A DNA stretch of 64,000 nt from Rhodobacteraceae bacterium UBA6197. Its GTDB lineage: Bacteria > Pseudomonadota > Alphaproteobacteria > Rhodobacterales > Rhodobacteraceae. Under the pieces are notes generated by a model, which was not told where the DNA came from, searched no databases, and was given only the letters and a program-made list of their open reading frames with translations. Positions 17,787 through 25,974 of this stretch are shown here, one piece after another. Where the stretch lies: positions 28,212 to 92,211 of the forward strand of contig DISZ01000006.1 of the NCBI GenBank assembly GCA_002422085.1. The letters are read 5' to 3'. The translations under genes and the position numbers were made by a program. Each line of letters opens with the position of its first letter. Positions within the stretch are counted from its first letter, which is position 1.

Positions 17787-18899
17787 ATGACGATGTTGCA
17801 TAGGGGCCGTGTGCTGGCCATGTTTGTGCTTTGCCTCGCGATCGCGGCCTGCACCTTGCCGCGTGGTGCGGCGCTTCAGTCCGAGATCTTGCGAAACGAC
17901 GACGACGAAACCCCCGAATTCGCCCATTATGAAGTTACCCGCGATCTGTTGCCGACCATCGCCGACTGGCCCTCGACGGCCAGCACCACCCGCGCCTGGA
18001 TCGGCCATTCGGGCGGCGCGGCGGGCCAGATCATCGCGCCGGGCGATTCGGTGCAATTGTCGATCTGGGAAAACGGCGAGAACGCGTTGCTGACCACGCC
18101 GGGAGTGCCGTCGGCCAATCTGCAGATCATGGCGGTCTCGCCGCAGGGCAGGATCTTTGTGCCCTATGTCGGGCAGGTCAAGATCGCGGGAATGTCGCCT
18201 GAACATGCCCGCGAGGTCGTCCAGAACAGCCTGTCCGAACTGATCCCCGCCGCGCAGGTGCAGCTTGCCGCCACGCCGGGGCGGCAGAATTCGGTCGATC
18301 TGGTGGGCGGCGTGGCGCATCCGGGCAGCTTTCCGCTGGTCGACCGGTCGCTGACGGTGCTGGGGCTGATCTCGATGGGCGGCGGCATTACGGGCAATAT
18401 CGAAAACCCGCAACTGCGGCTGATCCGGGGCGGCAAGACCCATGTCATTTCAATGGAGCGTCTGGCGCAAAACCCCGATCTGGACACCACGCTACGCGGC
18501 GGCGACAAGCTGTTGGTCGAAAAGGACACACGCTATTTCATGGCACTGGGCGCTTCGGGGCGCGAAACGCTTGTGCCCTTTCCCAAGGACAGTCTGACCG
18601 CGCTTGAGGCCGTGACCCTGATGGGCGGCATCAACGAGAACCGCGCCAACCCAAGAGGTGTGCTGATCTTGCGCGAATATCCGGCCTCGGCGGTCGTCGC
18701 GGAAGGCGGCAGCGGGCCGACCCATCACCGGGTGGTATTCTCACTGAACCTGACCTCGGCGGACGGGCTGTTTTCGGCCTCGCGGTTTGGGGTAGAGCCG
18801 AATGATCTGGTTCTGGCCACCGAAAGCAGCGGCGCTACGGCGGCAACGATCCTCGGGCTCTTGCGGTCCAGCATCACGGTGGCCAACGGCGTCAACTGA
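17787..18899 (+). CDS. polysaccharide export protein (Wza/ExoF-type, lipoprotein)
   Basis: Lipobox LAIAAC, a Poly_export-like IAPGDSVQLSIWE segment, and SLBB-like GGDKLLV. Confidence 0.85.
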   Translation: MTMLHRGRVLAMFVLCLAIAACTLPRGAALQSEILRNDDDETPEFAHYEVTRDLLPTIADWPSTASTTRAWIGHSGGAAGQIIAPGDSVQLSIWENGENALLTTPGVPSANLQIMAVSPQGRIFVPYVGQVKIAGMSPEHAREVVQNSLSELIPAAQVQLAATPGRQNSVDLVGGVAHPGSFPLVDRSLTVLGLISMGGGITGNIENPQLRLIRGGKTHVISMERLAQNPDLDTTLRGGDKLLVEKDTRYFMALGASGRETLVPFPKDSLTALEAVTLMGGINENRANPRGVLILREYPASAVVAEGGSGPTHHRVVFSLNLTSADGLFSASRFGVEPNDLVLATESSGATAATILGLLRSSITVANGVN

Positions 18900-19030
18900 C
18901 GCCGGTCTTCGCGTCAACTGACGCCGGTCTTCGCGTCAACTGATGTCGGGGGGTGCGTCAACTGACGCCGGTCTTCGCGTCAACTGATGTCGGGGGGTGC
19001 GTCAACTGACGCCGGGGGGCGCGTCAATCC
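18891..19030. repeat. 22-bp tandem repeat, 6 full units plus a partial unit
   Basis: Units start at 18891, 18913, 18935, 18957, 18979 and 19001. Variant A is gtcaactgacgccggtcttcgc, B is gtcaactgatgtcggggggtgc, and C is gtcaactgacgccggggggcgc. The order is A A B A B C, then gtcaatcc. Confidence 0.95.
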
Positions 19031-19133
19031 CCGGCCAAGGCGCAATTGCGTGCACCAAGGCACAACGCCTCTGCAAGTCCTCCCCTGCCAAATCGGGCGG
19101 CGCGCCCTAGATCAGGGTCATGTCCTCTCGGAG

Positions 19134-19646
19134 ATGCTCATGACCGACCCGATGCACCGCGCCCCGATTCATCCCGACACACGGGTCGGCCATGTCCACC
19201 TGAAGGTTTCAGATCTGGATCGCGCAATCGGCTTTTACGCCGGCGTGCTGGGCTTTGAGGTGCAACAGCGCTACGGGCGACAGGCGGCGTTTCTTTCGGC
19301 CGGTGGCTATCATCACCATATCGGCCTGAACACTTGGGAAAGCCGGGACGGCATGCCGCCCGCCCCCGGAACCACCGGGCTTTACCACGCGGCTTTTCTT
19401 TACCCGGATCGCGCCAGCCTCGGAAATGCGCTGGCGCGGGTGATCGCAGCCGGGATCGCGCTGGAAGGCGCGGCCGACCATGGGGTCAGCGAGGCACTCT
19501 ATCTGCGCGACCCTGACGGCAACGGGGTCGAGCTGTATCGCGACCGCCCCCCGGCCGAGTGGCCGCGCGACGAGCGGGGCAATCTGGCCATGGTCAACGC
19601 ACCGCTGGACCTTCAGGCCTTGCTGGACGATGCCAGCCAAGACTAG
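19134..19646 (+). CDS. VOC family protein (glyoxalase/extradiol dioxygenase fold)
   Basis: VGHVHLKVSDLDRAIGFYAGVLGFEV..YHHHIGLNTW..YLRDPDGNGVELY. The start is at ATG 19134 within track ORF 18987..19646. Confidence 0.85.
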   Translation: MLMTDPMHRAPIHPDTRVGHVHLKVSDLDRAIGFYAGVLGFEVQQRYGRQAAFLSAGGYHHHIGLNTWESRDGMPPAPGTTGLYHAAFLYPDRASLGNALARVIAAGIALEGAADHGVSEALYLRDPDGNGVELYRDRPPAEWPRDERGNLAMVNAPLDLQALLDDASQD

Positions 19647-20508
19647 GCCGAGCGAACAGAACGACATTTCCCAGCAGGGTCAAAACCAGCCCGGCAAGGC
19701 TGACCGGGGTCCAGACATACCCTTCAAAAAGCGACGACAACGCCAGTGCGATCACCGGAAACATCACCGTCGCATAGGCCGCCTTGCCCGATCCGATCCG
19801 GGCAACCAGCATCAGATAGGTGGTAAAGCCGACGATGGACCCGACGATCGACAAATAGAACAGCGCCGTCAGATAGCGCGCGTCGGGCGGCACCATGACC
19901 TTGGTGCCGGTGATGAAAATCAGCCCCAGCAAGAATGCGCTGCCATAGCTCATCCCCCAGGCGTTGGCGGTCAGCGGCGGCACCCCTGCCGCGGAATTGC
20001 GCCGCGACACCATGTTCCCCAGCGAAAACAGCAGCGTGCCCAGCGCCGCCAGCGCGATCCCCTTCAGCGTGCCCAGATCAAGCCTGTCGGCAAACAGATC
20101 ATGGCTGAACAGCAAGACCAACCCCGCCACCCCCACCGCTGTCGCCACCAGCGCCCGCGCCGTGATCCGGTCGCCAAAGATCAGCCGGGCATTGATCGCG
20201 TTGTAGACCGTCGCCAGTGAAAAGATGACCGAGACAAGCCCGCTGGGAATGAACCCCGTGGCATTGTAGAAACAGACGAAATTGAGGCTGAACAGGCACA
20301 GCCCCTGAAGCGCGATGAAGAAATGGTCTCGCGGCCGCGCCGGGGTCAGACGGCCCAGCAGCGCCAGTGCCGGCAGCATCAGCATCGCCGCCAGACCGAA
20401 ACGGTAGAAGATCGAGGTCAGCACTGGCACCGGCCCCAGTTGCATCGCAATGGCAATCCATGTGGTGCCCCAGATCAGCACGGTCGCGACAAAAAGGATG
20501 ACGTTCAT
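19594..20508 (-). CDS. EamA/DMT family transporter
   Basis: MNVILFVATVLIWGTTWIAI.. with about ten TM helices. ATG 20508 is preceded by a GGAGAC Shine-Dalgarno sequence. The 3' end overlaps the VOC gene by 53 nt. Confidence 0.85.
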   Translation of the reverse strand: MNVILFVATVLIWGTTWIAIAMQLGPVPVLTSIFYRFGLAAMLMLPALALLGRLTPARPRDHFFIALQGLCLFSLNFVCFYNATGFIPSGLVSVIFSLATVYNAINARLIFGDRITARALVATAVGVAGLVLLFSHDLFADRLDLGTLKGIALAALGTLLFSLGNMVSRRNSAAGVPPLTANAWGMSYGSAFLLGLIFITGTKVMVPPDARYLTALFYLSIVGSIVGFTTYLMLVARIGSGKAAYATVMFPVIALALSSLFEGYVWTPVSLAGLVLTLLGNVVLFARPSLGWHRPARPEGPAVR

Positions 20509-20636
20509 GAGGGTCTCCTGTTGCCGCCTCTTTATCGTGGCGCCGGGCGCGTTGCTTGCACAATCTTGCGCAAATTGGTCGCCCGGACTTGTTGGGCATC
20601 GGCGGCACTGGCAGGATGCGCGCGAAAGGACACCCC

Positions 20637-21500
20637 ATGACCGCCAGCGCCTCGGTTTACACGACACTTTTGCACTCGAAAGCCCGGCTTGGCGCGCAGC
20701 TGGATCTGGGGCAGGGCCAGTCGGTCGCGCATTGGTCGAACGCGCAAGACCGCCTGCGCTATGAAAACACCCGGATGCACACGATCAGCCTTTATACCAA
20801 AGGCGGGCAGGAAAGCCGCCGGGTCGACCGGGGCTGCGTGACCGGGCGACCCGAAAGCCTGTGCGTGCTGCCGCAGGGCAGTGCTTCGGAATGGATCATC
20901 GGCCGCAACTTTCAGTTCGTCCACCTCTACCTTCCCGATGCGGCGCTGCGGCACTTCATGGCCGAAACGCTGGACCGCGATCCCGCCCGCCTTGACCTTT
21001 GCGAAATGACCTTTCACGACGACCCGGACCTCTGCGCGCTGATGCACCGCCTAGCCGCGGCGACCAGACAGAGCACCCTGATCGAGGCGCGCGAAACCCT
21101 GAGCGAGCTTTGCCACCACCTGCTGACCCGGCCAGAATACGGCGGCAACCCCGCCCGACAGGTCCGGGGCGGGCTGTCTCGCGCCGCCTCGAACCGGGTC
21201 GTCGCGCGGATGCATGCCGAGTTGGACCAGCCGCTGCGTCTGGCCGACCTCGCCGCCGAGGCGGGCCTGAGCGAGTTCCACTTTCAACGGATGTTTCGCA
21301 TCACTCACGGTCTGAGCCCACACGGCTATCTTGACGGTTTGCGCATCAAACGGGCCGAGGCCCTGATTGTCGCCGCCCATCCCTTGGCCGAGGTCGCCCT
21401 TGCATGTGGCTATTGCCACCAAAGCCACCTGACCCGCGCCTTTCGCAAGGCGCGTGGCATGACTCCGACAACATGGCGCCAAGCGCACCTTCCCTGTTGA
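20637..21500 (+). CDS. AraC family transcriptional regulator
   Basis: C-terminal double helix-turn-helix: LADLAAEAGLSEFHFQRMFRITHGLSPHGY..ALACGYCHQSHLTRAFRKARGMTP. Confidence 0.9.
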   Translation: MTASASVYTTLLHSKARLGAQLDLGQGQSVAHWSNAQDRLRYENTRMHTISLYTKGGQESRRVDRGCVTGRPESLCVLPQGSASEWIIGRNFQFVHLYLPDAALRHFMAETLDRDPARLDLCEMTFHDDPDLCALMHRLAAATRQSTLIEARETLSELCHHLLTRPEYGGNPARQVRGGLSRAASNRVVARMHAELDQPLRLADLAAEAGLSEFHFQRMFRITHGLSPHGYLDGLRIKRAEALIVAAHPLAEVALACGYCHQSHLTRAFRKARGMTPTTWRQAHLPC

Positions 21501-21509
21501 CCGCAGCCT

Positions 21510-21598
21510 GCATTCAGCTTCGTCCAAATATCCCCGCCGGAGGCTTCCCACCTGACCGCAGGAGCCTCCGGCGGGGATATTTGGACGAAGCTGAATGC
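21510..21598. repeat. palindromic intergenic repeat, copy 2 (36-nt perfect arms)
   Basis: gcattcagcttcgtccaaatatccccgccggaggct, then a 17-nt loop, then agcctccggcggggatatttggacgaagctgaatgc. The arms are exact reverse complements. Confidence 0.9.
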
Positions 21599-21689
21599 AA
21601 ATGCCAGCACCCCGGACGAACGATGAGCGCTCTGCTGGACGACCTTGGCGCAAGCTGATTATATCTGGGCAAAACAGAAAGGGACCCCC

Positions 21690-22556
21690 ATGTCATTTGG
21701 CACGAACATCCGCACATGGTTTGAAGGCAGTTGGCACGAGGGCGATATCGCGGTGATGCGGGCCGCCGATCACGGCATCTGGCAAGGATCGTCGGTATTT
21801 GACGGCGCGCGGCTTTTCGACGGGCTGGTGCCAGATCTTGACGCCCACCTCGCGCGGGTCAACCGCTCGGCAGAGGCGCTGATGATCACCCCCAGCATGG
21901 ATACCGCGACGATGCTTGAAATCGCGCGCGAGGGGTTGAAGCGCTACGCGTCTGGGGCGGCGGTCTATGTCCGCCCGATGTATTGGGCGATCCATGGCTC
22001 GGATCTGGGCGTTGCGCCGATGGAAGGGGTCACGGGGTTTGCGCTCTGCCTTGAAGAAGTGGCGATGCCTGCCGCCGGCGCCAGCACCACGCTGACCACC
22101 ACCCAGTTCCGCCGTCCGGTGTTGGCCGACAACGTCTGCAACGCCAAGGCGGGCTGCCTTTACCCCAACAACGCCCGGATGCTGGTCGAGGCCAAGCGCA
22201 AGGGATTTGGCAATGCACTGGTTCAGGATGCGATGGGAAATGTCGCCGAGAGCGCGACCGCCAATGTTTTCATGGTTCGCGACGGTGTGGTCTTTACCCC
22301 GATCGCCAACGGCACCTTCTTGTCCGGGATTACCCGCGCGCGCCACATTGCCAACCTGCGCGCCGACGGCATGGATGTGCAAGAAACGGTCCTGACCGTT
22401 GCCGATTTCCGGGCCGCCGACGAGGTGTTCTTGTCGGGCAACTTTGCCAAGGTCACCCCGGTCAGCGCCTTTGACGATGTCCGCTATCGCGCGGGGCCGG
22501 TCACGCAGCGTGCGCGTGAACTTTACTGGGATTGGGCGGCAGCAAGCCGTTTGTGA
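21690..22556 (+). CDS. class IV (branched-chain/D-amino-acid) aminotransferase
   Basis: 288 aa, with VFDGARLFDG.., AKAGCLYPNN and ANVFMVRDGVVFTP..FLSGITR. Confidence 0.85.
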   Translation: MSFGTNIRTWFEGSWHEGDIAVMRAADHGIWQGSSVFDGARLFDGLVPDLDAHLARVNRSAEALMITPSMDTATMLEIAREGLKRYASGAAVYVRPMYWAIHGSDLGVAPMEGVTGFALCLEEVAMPAAGASTTLTTTQFRRPVLADNVCNAKAGCLYPNNARMLVEAKRKGFGNALVQDAMGNVAESATANVFMVRDGVVFTPIANGTFLSGITRARHIANLRADGMDVQETVLTVADFRAADEVFLSGNFAKVTPVSAFDDVRYRAGPVTQRARELYWDWAAASRL

Positions 22557-22619
22557 TTGGCGTGGTTGCCAAGACCGGGGCCGCTCGGCCATGATCGCGG
22601 CAACCACAGAGGGGGCAGT

Positions 22620-23075
22620 ATGCGCAAGTTTCTGGTTGTATTGGATGATACCCGTGAATGCCTGAACGCCATGCGCTTTGCCGCGATGCGCGCAGCCCAT
22701 ACCGGCGCGGGGGTTACGATCCTGTCGGTGATCCCACCCGAGGAATACCAGCACTGGATCGGGGTATCCGAAATCATGCGCCAGGAGGCGCGCGAACGGA
22801 TCGAGGCGCATTTCGAGGTTTTCGCCAAATGGATGCGCGACAGGCAGGGCGTCGACCCCAACCTGATCATCCGCGAGGGCGAACCGGTGACCGAGATCAT
22901 CGAGGTGATCTCCGAGAACCCCGAAATCGGCGTTCTGGTCCTGGGGGCGGGCACCGACAAATCCGGCCCCGGCCCGTTGGTCGCCCAGATGAGCCGCAAT
23001 TCAGGCAACCTGCCCTGCCCGCTGACCATCGTGCCGGGCGAGATGTCGAAAGAGCGGCTGGAAGCCATCACCTGA
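22620..23075 (+). CDS. universal stress protein family
   Basis: MRKFLVVLDDTRECLNAMRFA...GVLVLGAG..CPLTIVP. Confidence 0.8.
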   Translation: MRKFLVVLDDTRECLNAMRFAAMRAAHTGAGVTILSVIPPEEYQHWIGVSEIMRQEARERIEAHFEVFAKWMRDRQGVDPNLIIREGEPVTEIIEVISENPEIGVLVLGAGTDKSGPGPLVAQMSRNSGNLPCPLTIVPGEMSKERLEAIT

Positions 23076-23180
23076 GGCCCGTCACCCGAGGCAGAGGCGC
23101 GGGCGCACATCTGGAATCATTCCAAACTTGACTATCCTCCGGGGCGCGCGCATATCAATAGCAAGCCAAGGAGCCCGCCC

Positions 23181-23744
23181 ATGTTCATTCAGACCGAGTC
23201 CACGCCAAACCCCGCCACGCTGAAGTTCCTGCCCGGCTTGACCGTGCTGGAGGCAGGCACCGCCGATTTCCCCACCGCCGAGGCGGCGCAAAAATCGCCG
23301 CTGGCACGCCGGATCTTTGCGATCACCGGGGTGACGGGGGTATTCCTCGGGTCGGATTTCGTGACCGTGACAAAGCAGGCGGACACCGAATGGGACCACG
23401 CCAAGCCCGCCATTCTGGGCGCGATCATGGAGCATTTCCAGTCCGGCGCGCCGGTGATGGAGGGCGAAGCGGTCGCGGCCGGTGGCCATGCCGCCCATTC
23501 GGGACCGGATGCCGCGATCGTGGCGCAGATCAAAGAGCTTCTGGACACCCGCGTGCGCCCGGCAGTGGCGCAAGACGGTGGCGACATCACCTTTCACGGC
23601 TTTGACCGGGGCGTCGTCTATCTGCATATGCAAGGCGCCTGCGCCGGCTGCCCGTCTTCGACGCTGACGCTGAAAATGGGTATCGAGAACCTGCTGCGCC
23701 ATTACATCCCCGAAGTGGTCGAGGTGCGGCCGGTTGCCGTCTGA
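23181..23744 (+). CDS. NifU/Nfu family Fe-S cluster scaffold protein
   Basis: Nfu_N-like MFIQTESTPNPATLKFLPG plus a C-terminal GGDITFHGFDRGVVYLHMQGACAGCPSS (CxxC). Confidence 0.9.
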   Translation: MFIQTESTPNPATLKFLPGLTVLEAGTADFPTAEAAQKSPLARRIFAITGVTGVFLGSDFVTVTKQADTEWDHAKPAILGAIMEHFQSGAPVMEGEAVAAGGHAAHSGPDAAIVAQIKELLDTRVRPAVAQDGGDITFHGFDRGVVYLHMQGACAGCPSSTLTLKMGIENLLRHYIPEVVEVRPVAV

Positions 23745-24378
23745 TCCGCTGATCCTTGGTTTTGACACATCGGCCGCGCATTGCGCGGCCGCTTTGCTGC
23801 GCGGCACGACCCTGCTGGAAAGCCGCATCGAGGAAATGGCCAAGGGACAGGCCGAACGACTGATGCCGATGCTGCAAGAGATGCTCGCGCGTCACGGCGC
23901 GGGGTGGCACGATCTGGCGGCGCTTGGGGTCGGGATCGGGCCGGGAAACTTTACCGGCGTGCGCATCGCGGTTTCGGCGGCCCGGGGGCTGGCACTGGCG
24001 CTGGGGGTACCGGCGGTCGGGGTCAGCACGCTGGAGGCGCAGGCATTGGGCCTGCCGCGGCCGCTGACGGTGGCCATGGATGCCCGCCGGGGCGAGGTCT
24101 ATGTGCAGCACTTCGGCCCCGATGGCGGGCCTGCGCTGATGGCGCTGGATCAGGTGACCGGGGTGCAGGGCGCGCTGACCGGCTCGGCGGCAGCCGAGCT
24201 TGCCGAGCGGCTGCCACAGGCGCGGGTGCTGCCCGCAGTTCAGCCTCTGCCCGAGGCCATCGCCCGGATTGCCGCGCAGCGCAGAACCCTGCCCCTGCCC
24301 CGCCCCGCCCCGCTTTACCTGCGCGCGGCAGATGCCTGCCCGCCGTCGGACCCCGCGCCGCTGATCCTTGAGGGCTAG
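23734..24378 (+). CDS. tsaB: tRNA t6A37 biosynthesis protein TsaB
   Basis: ILGFDTSAAHCAAALL..LAALGVGIGPGNFTGVRIAVSAARGLALAL. A TTG start overlaps the nifU end. Confidence 0.85.
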   Translation: MPSDPLILGFDTSAAHCAAALLRGTTLLESRIEEMAKGQAERLMPMLQEMLARHGAGWHDLAALGVGIGPGNFTGVRIAVSAARGLALALGVPAVGVSTLEAQALGLPRPLTVAMDARRGEVYVQHFGPDGGPALMALDQVTGVQGALTGSAAAELAERLPQARVLPAVQPLPEAIARIAAQRRTLPLPRPAPLYLRAADACPPSDPAPLILEG

Positions 24379-24381
24379 GCG

Positions 24382-24864
24382 ATGACCCCCGCCGACCTCG
24401 CCGCGCTGCACAGGGCGTGCTTCATCATGCCACGCCCTTGGTCCGCGTCCGAGATATCGGGCCTGCTGGCCCTGCCCGGTTGCTTTCTTGAAACCGAATC
24501 GCACGGCTTTTTGATGGGCCGGGCAATGGCGGACGAGGCCGAGCTGTTGACCCTTGCCGTTGACCCCGCCGCGCGGCGGCTTGGCACCGGGCGCGCGCTT
24601 GTCGCGCGCTTTGCGCTGACCGCTTGCCGAAAAGGCGCCAAGACCGCTTTTCTGGAAGTTGCCGCCGACAATATCGCCGCCCGCGCGCTTTATGCGGCCC
24701 TCGGTTGGCGCGAGGCAGGGCTGCGGCGGCGCTATTACCGGCACCCCGACGGGCACACCGTGGATGCGGTGCAGATGATCTGCGATTTGCATCCCTCCGC
24801 GCAAGCGGCTTTGCCGGTCGGTGGCAAACGACCACCCCACCCCCATCCCTCGGATGAAACTTGA
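24382..24864 (+). CDS. rimI: GNAT acetyltransferase, ribosomal-protein-alanine N-acetyltransferase-like
   Basis: LLTLAVDPAARRLGTGRALV..FLEVAADNIAARALYAALGW. Its position after tsaB is the conserved arrangement. Confidence 0.8.
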   Translation: MTPADLAALHRACFIMPRPWSASEISGLLALPGCFLETESHGFLMGRAMADEAELLTLAVDPAARRLGTGRALVARFALTACRKGAKTAFLEVAADNIAARALYAALGWREAGLRRRYYRHPDGHTVDAVQMICDLHPSAQAALPVGGKRPPHPHPSDET

Positions 24865-24978
24865 AAAATCGCGCTTGACCCCCCGCGCCGACTGCGCCCT
24901 AATCCATTGGTCTGCGGGCATGATGCCCGCCAACAGGCGTTCCGCTGCGGGCGCCTCAACAAGACCGGGAGATACCCT

Positions 24979-25968
24979 ATGACCCTGATGAAACAGTTCT
25001 TCGGCGCGGCTGCCACGCTGGCGCTTTGCTCGGGTGCGGCGCTGGCCGACCCGGCGCTGATCTATGATCTTGGCGGCAAGTTCGACAAATCCTTCAACGA
25101 GGCCGCCTATGGCGGTGCCGAACGCTGGAAGGCCGAAACTGGCGGCACTTACAAAGAGCTGGAGATGCAATCCGAGGCCCAGCGTGAACAGGCGCTGCGC
25201 CGGCTGGCCGAATCCGGTGCCAACCCGATCGTGATGACCGGATTTGCCTTCGGCGATGTGCTGAACACGGTCGCGCCGGACTATCCGGACACCAAATTCG
25301 CCATCATCGACATGGTGGTGGATCAGCCGAACGTGAAATCGGTGGTCTTCACCGAAGAGCAGGGGTCCTATCTTGTCGGCATGATGGCCGCGATGGCGTC
25401 GAAGTCGAACACCGTGGGCTTTATTGGCGGCATGGATATTCCGCTGATCCGCAAATTCGCCTGCGGCTATGTGCAAGGCGTGAAAGCGCAAAACCCCGAC
25501 GCCACGGTGATCCAGAACATGACCGGCACCACGCCCTCGGCCTGGAACGACCCGGTGAAGGGCGCCGAACTGGCCAAATCGCAAAAATCGCAAGGCGCCG
25601 ACGTGATCTATGCCGCAGCGGGCGGCACCGGCATTGGCGTGCTGCAAGCGGCGGCTGACGAAGGCATTCTTTCGATCGGCGTGGACAGCAACCAAAACCA
25701 CCTGCATCCGGGCAAGGTGCTGACCTCGATGGTCAAGCGGGTCGACAACTCGGTCTATGACATCTTCAAGGCCGGGGCCGATATGGAAACCGGCTTCAGC
25801 GTCATGGATCTGGCCAAGGAAGGCGTCGGCTATGCGATGGACGAAAACAACGCCGCCCTCGTCACCCCCGAAATGAAGGCCGCCGTCGATGCGGCCGCCG
25901 CCAAGATCATCGCGGGTGAGATCGTCGTGCATGACTACATGTCCGACAATTCCTGCCCGGCGAACTGA
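24979..25968 (+). CDS. BMP family ABC transporter substrate-binding protein (nucleoside-type)
   Basis: Signal peptide MTLMKQFFGAAATLALCSGAALA, then GDKSFNEAAYGG.., FIGGMDIPLIRKF and IGVDSNQ. Confidence 0.9.
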   Translation: MTLMKQFFGAAATLALCSGAALADPALIYDLGGKFDKSFNEAAYGGAERWKAETGGTYKELEMQSEAQREQALRRLAESGANPIVMTGFAFGDVLNTVAPDYPDTKFAIIDMVVDQPNVKSVVFTEEQGSYLVGMMAAMASKSNTVGFIGGMDIPLIRKFACGYVQGVKAQNPDATVIQNMTGTTPSAWNDPVKGAELAKSQKSQGADVIYAAAGGTGIGVLQAAADEGILSIGVDSNQNHLHPGKVLTSMVKRVDNSVYDIFKAGADMETGFSVMDLAKEGVGYAMDENNAALVTPEMKAAVDAAAAKIIAGEIVVHDYMSDNSCPAN

Positions 25969-25974
25969 TCCACC

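Noticed and set aside
17706-18443. N-terminal 246 codons of track ORF 16776..18443
   Set aside because: This part overlaps the well-supported wza-like gene on the other strand. Only the part from ATG 17705, which has a Rossmann motif 15 residues in, looks like a real epimerase.
18891-19030. 22-bp repeats as a CRISPR array
   Set aside because: The units are directly contiguous with no spacers, are too short, and no cas genes are present. This is a simple tandem repeat.
23587-25932. 781-aa minus-strand ORF
   Set aside because: It is antisense to nifU, tsaB, rimI and the BMP binding-protein gene, all of which have clear family motifs. Its translation is Arg/Gly-rich and has no motifs.
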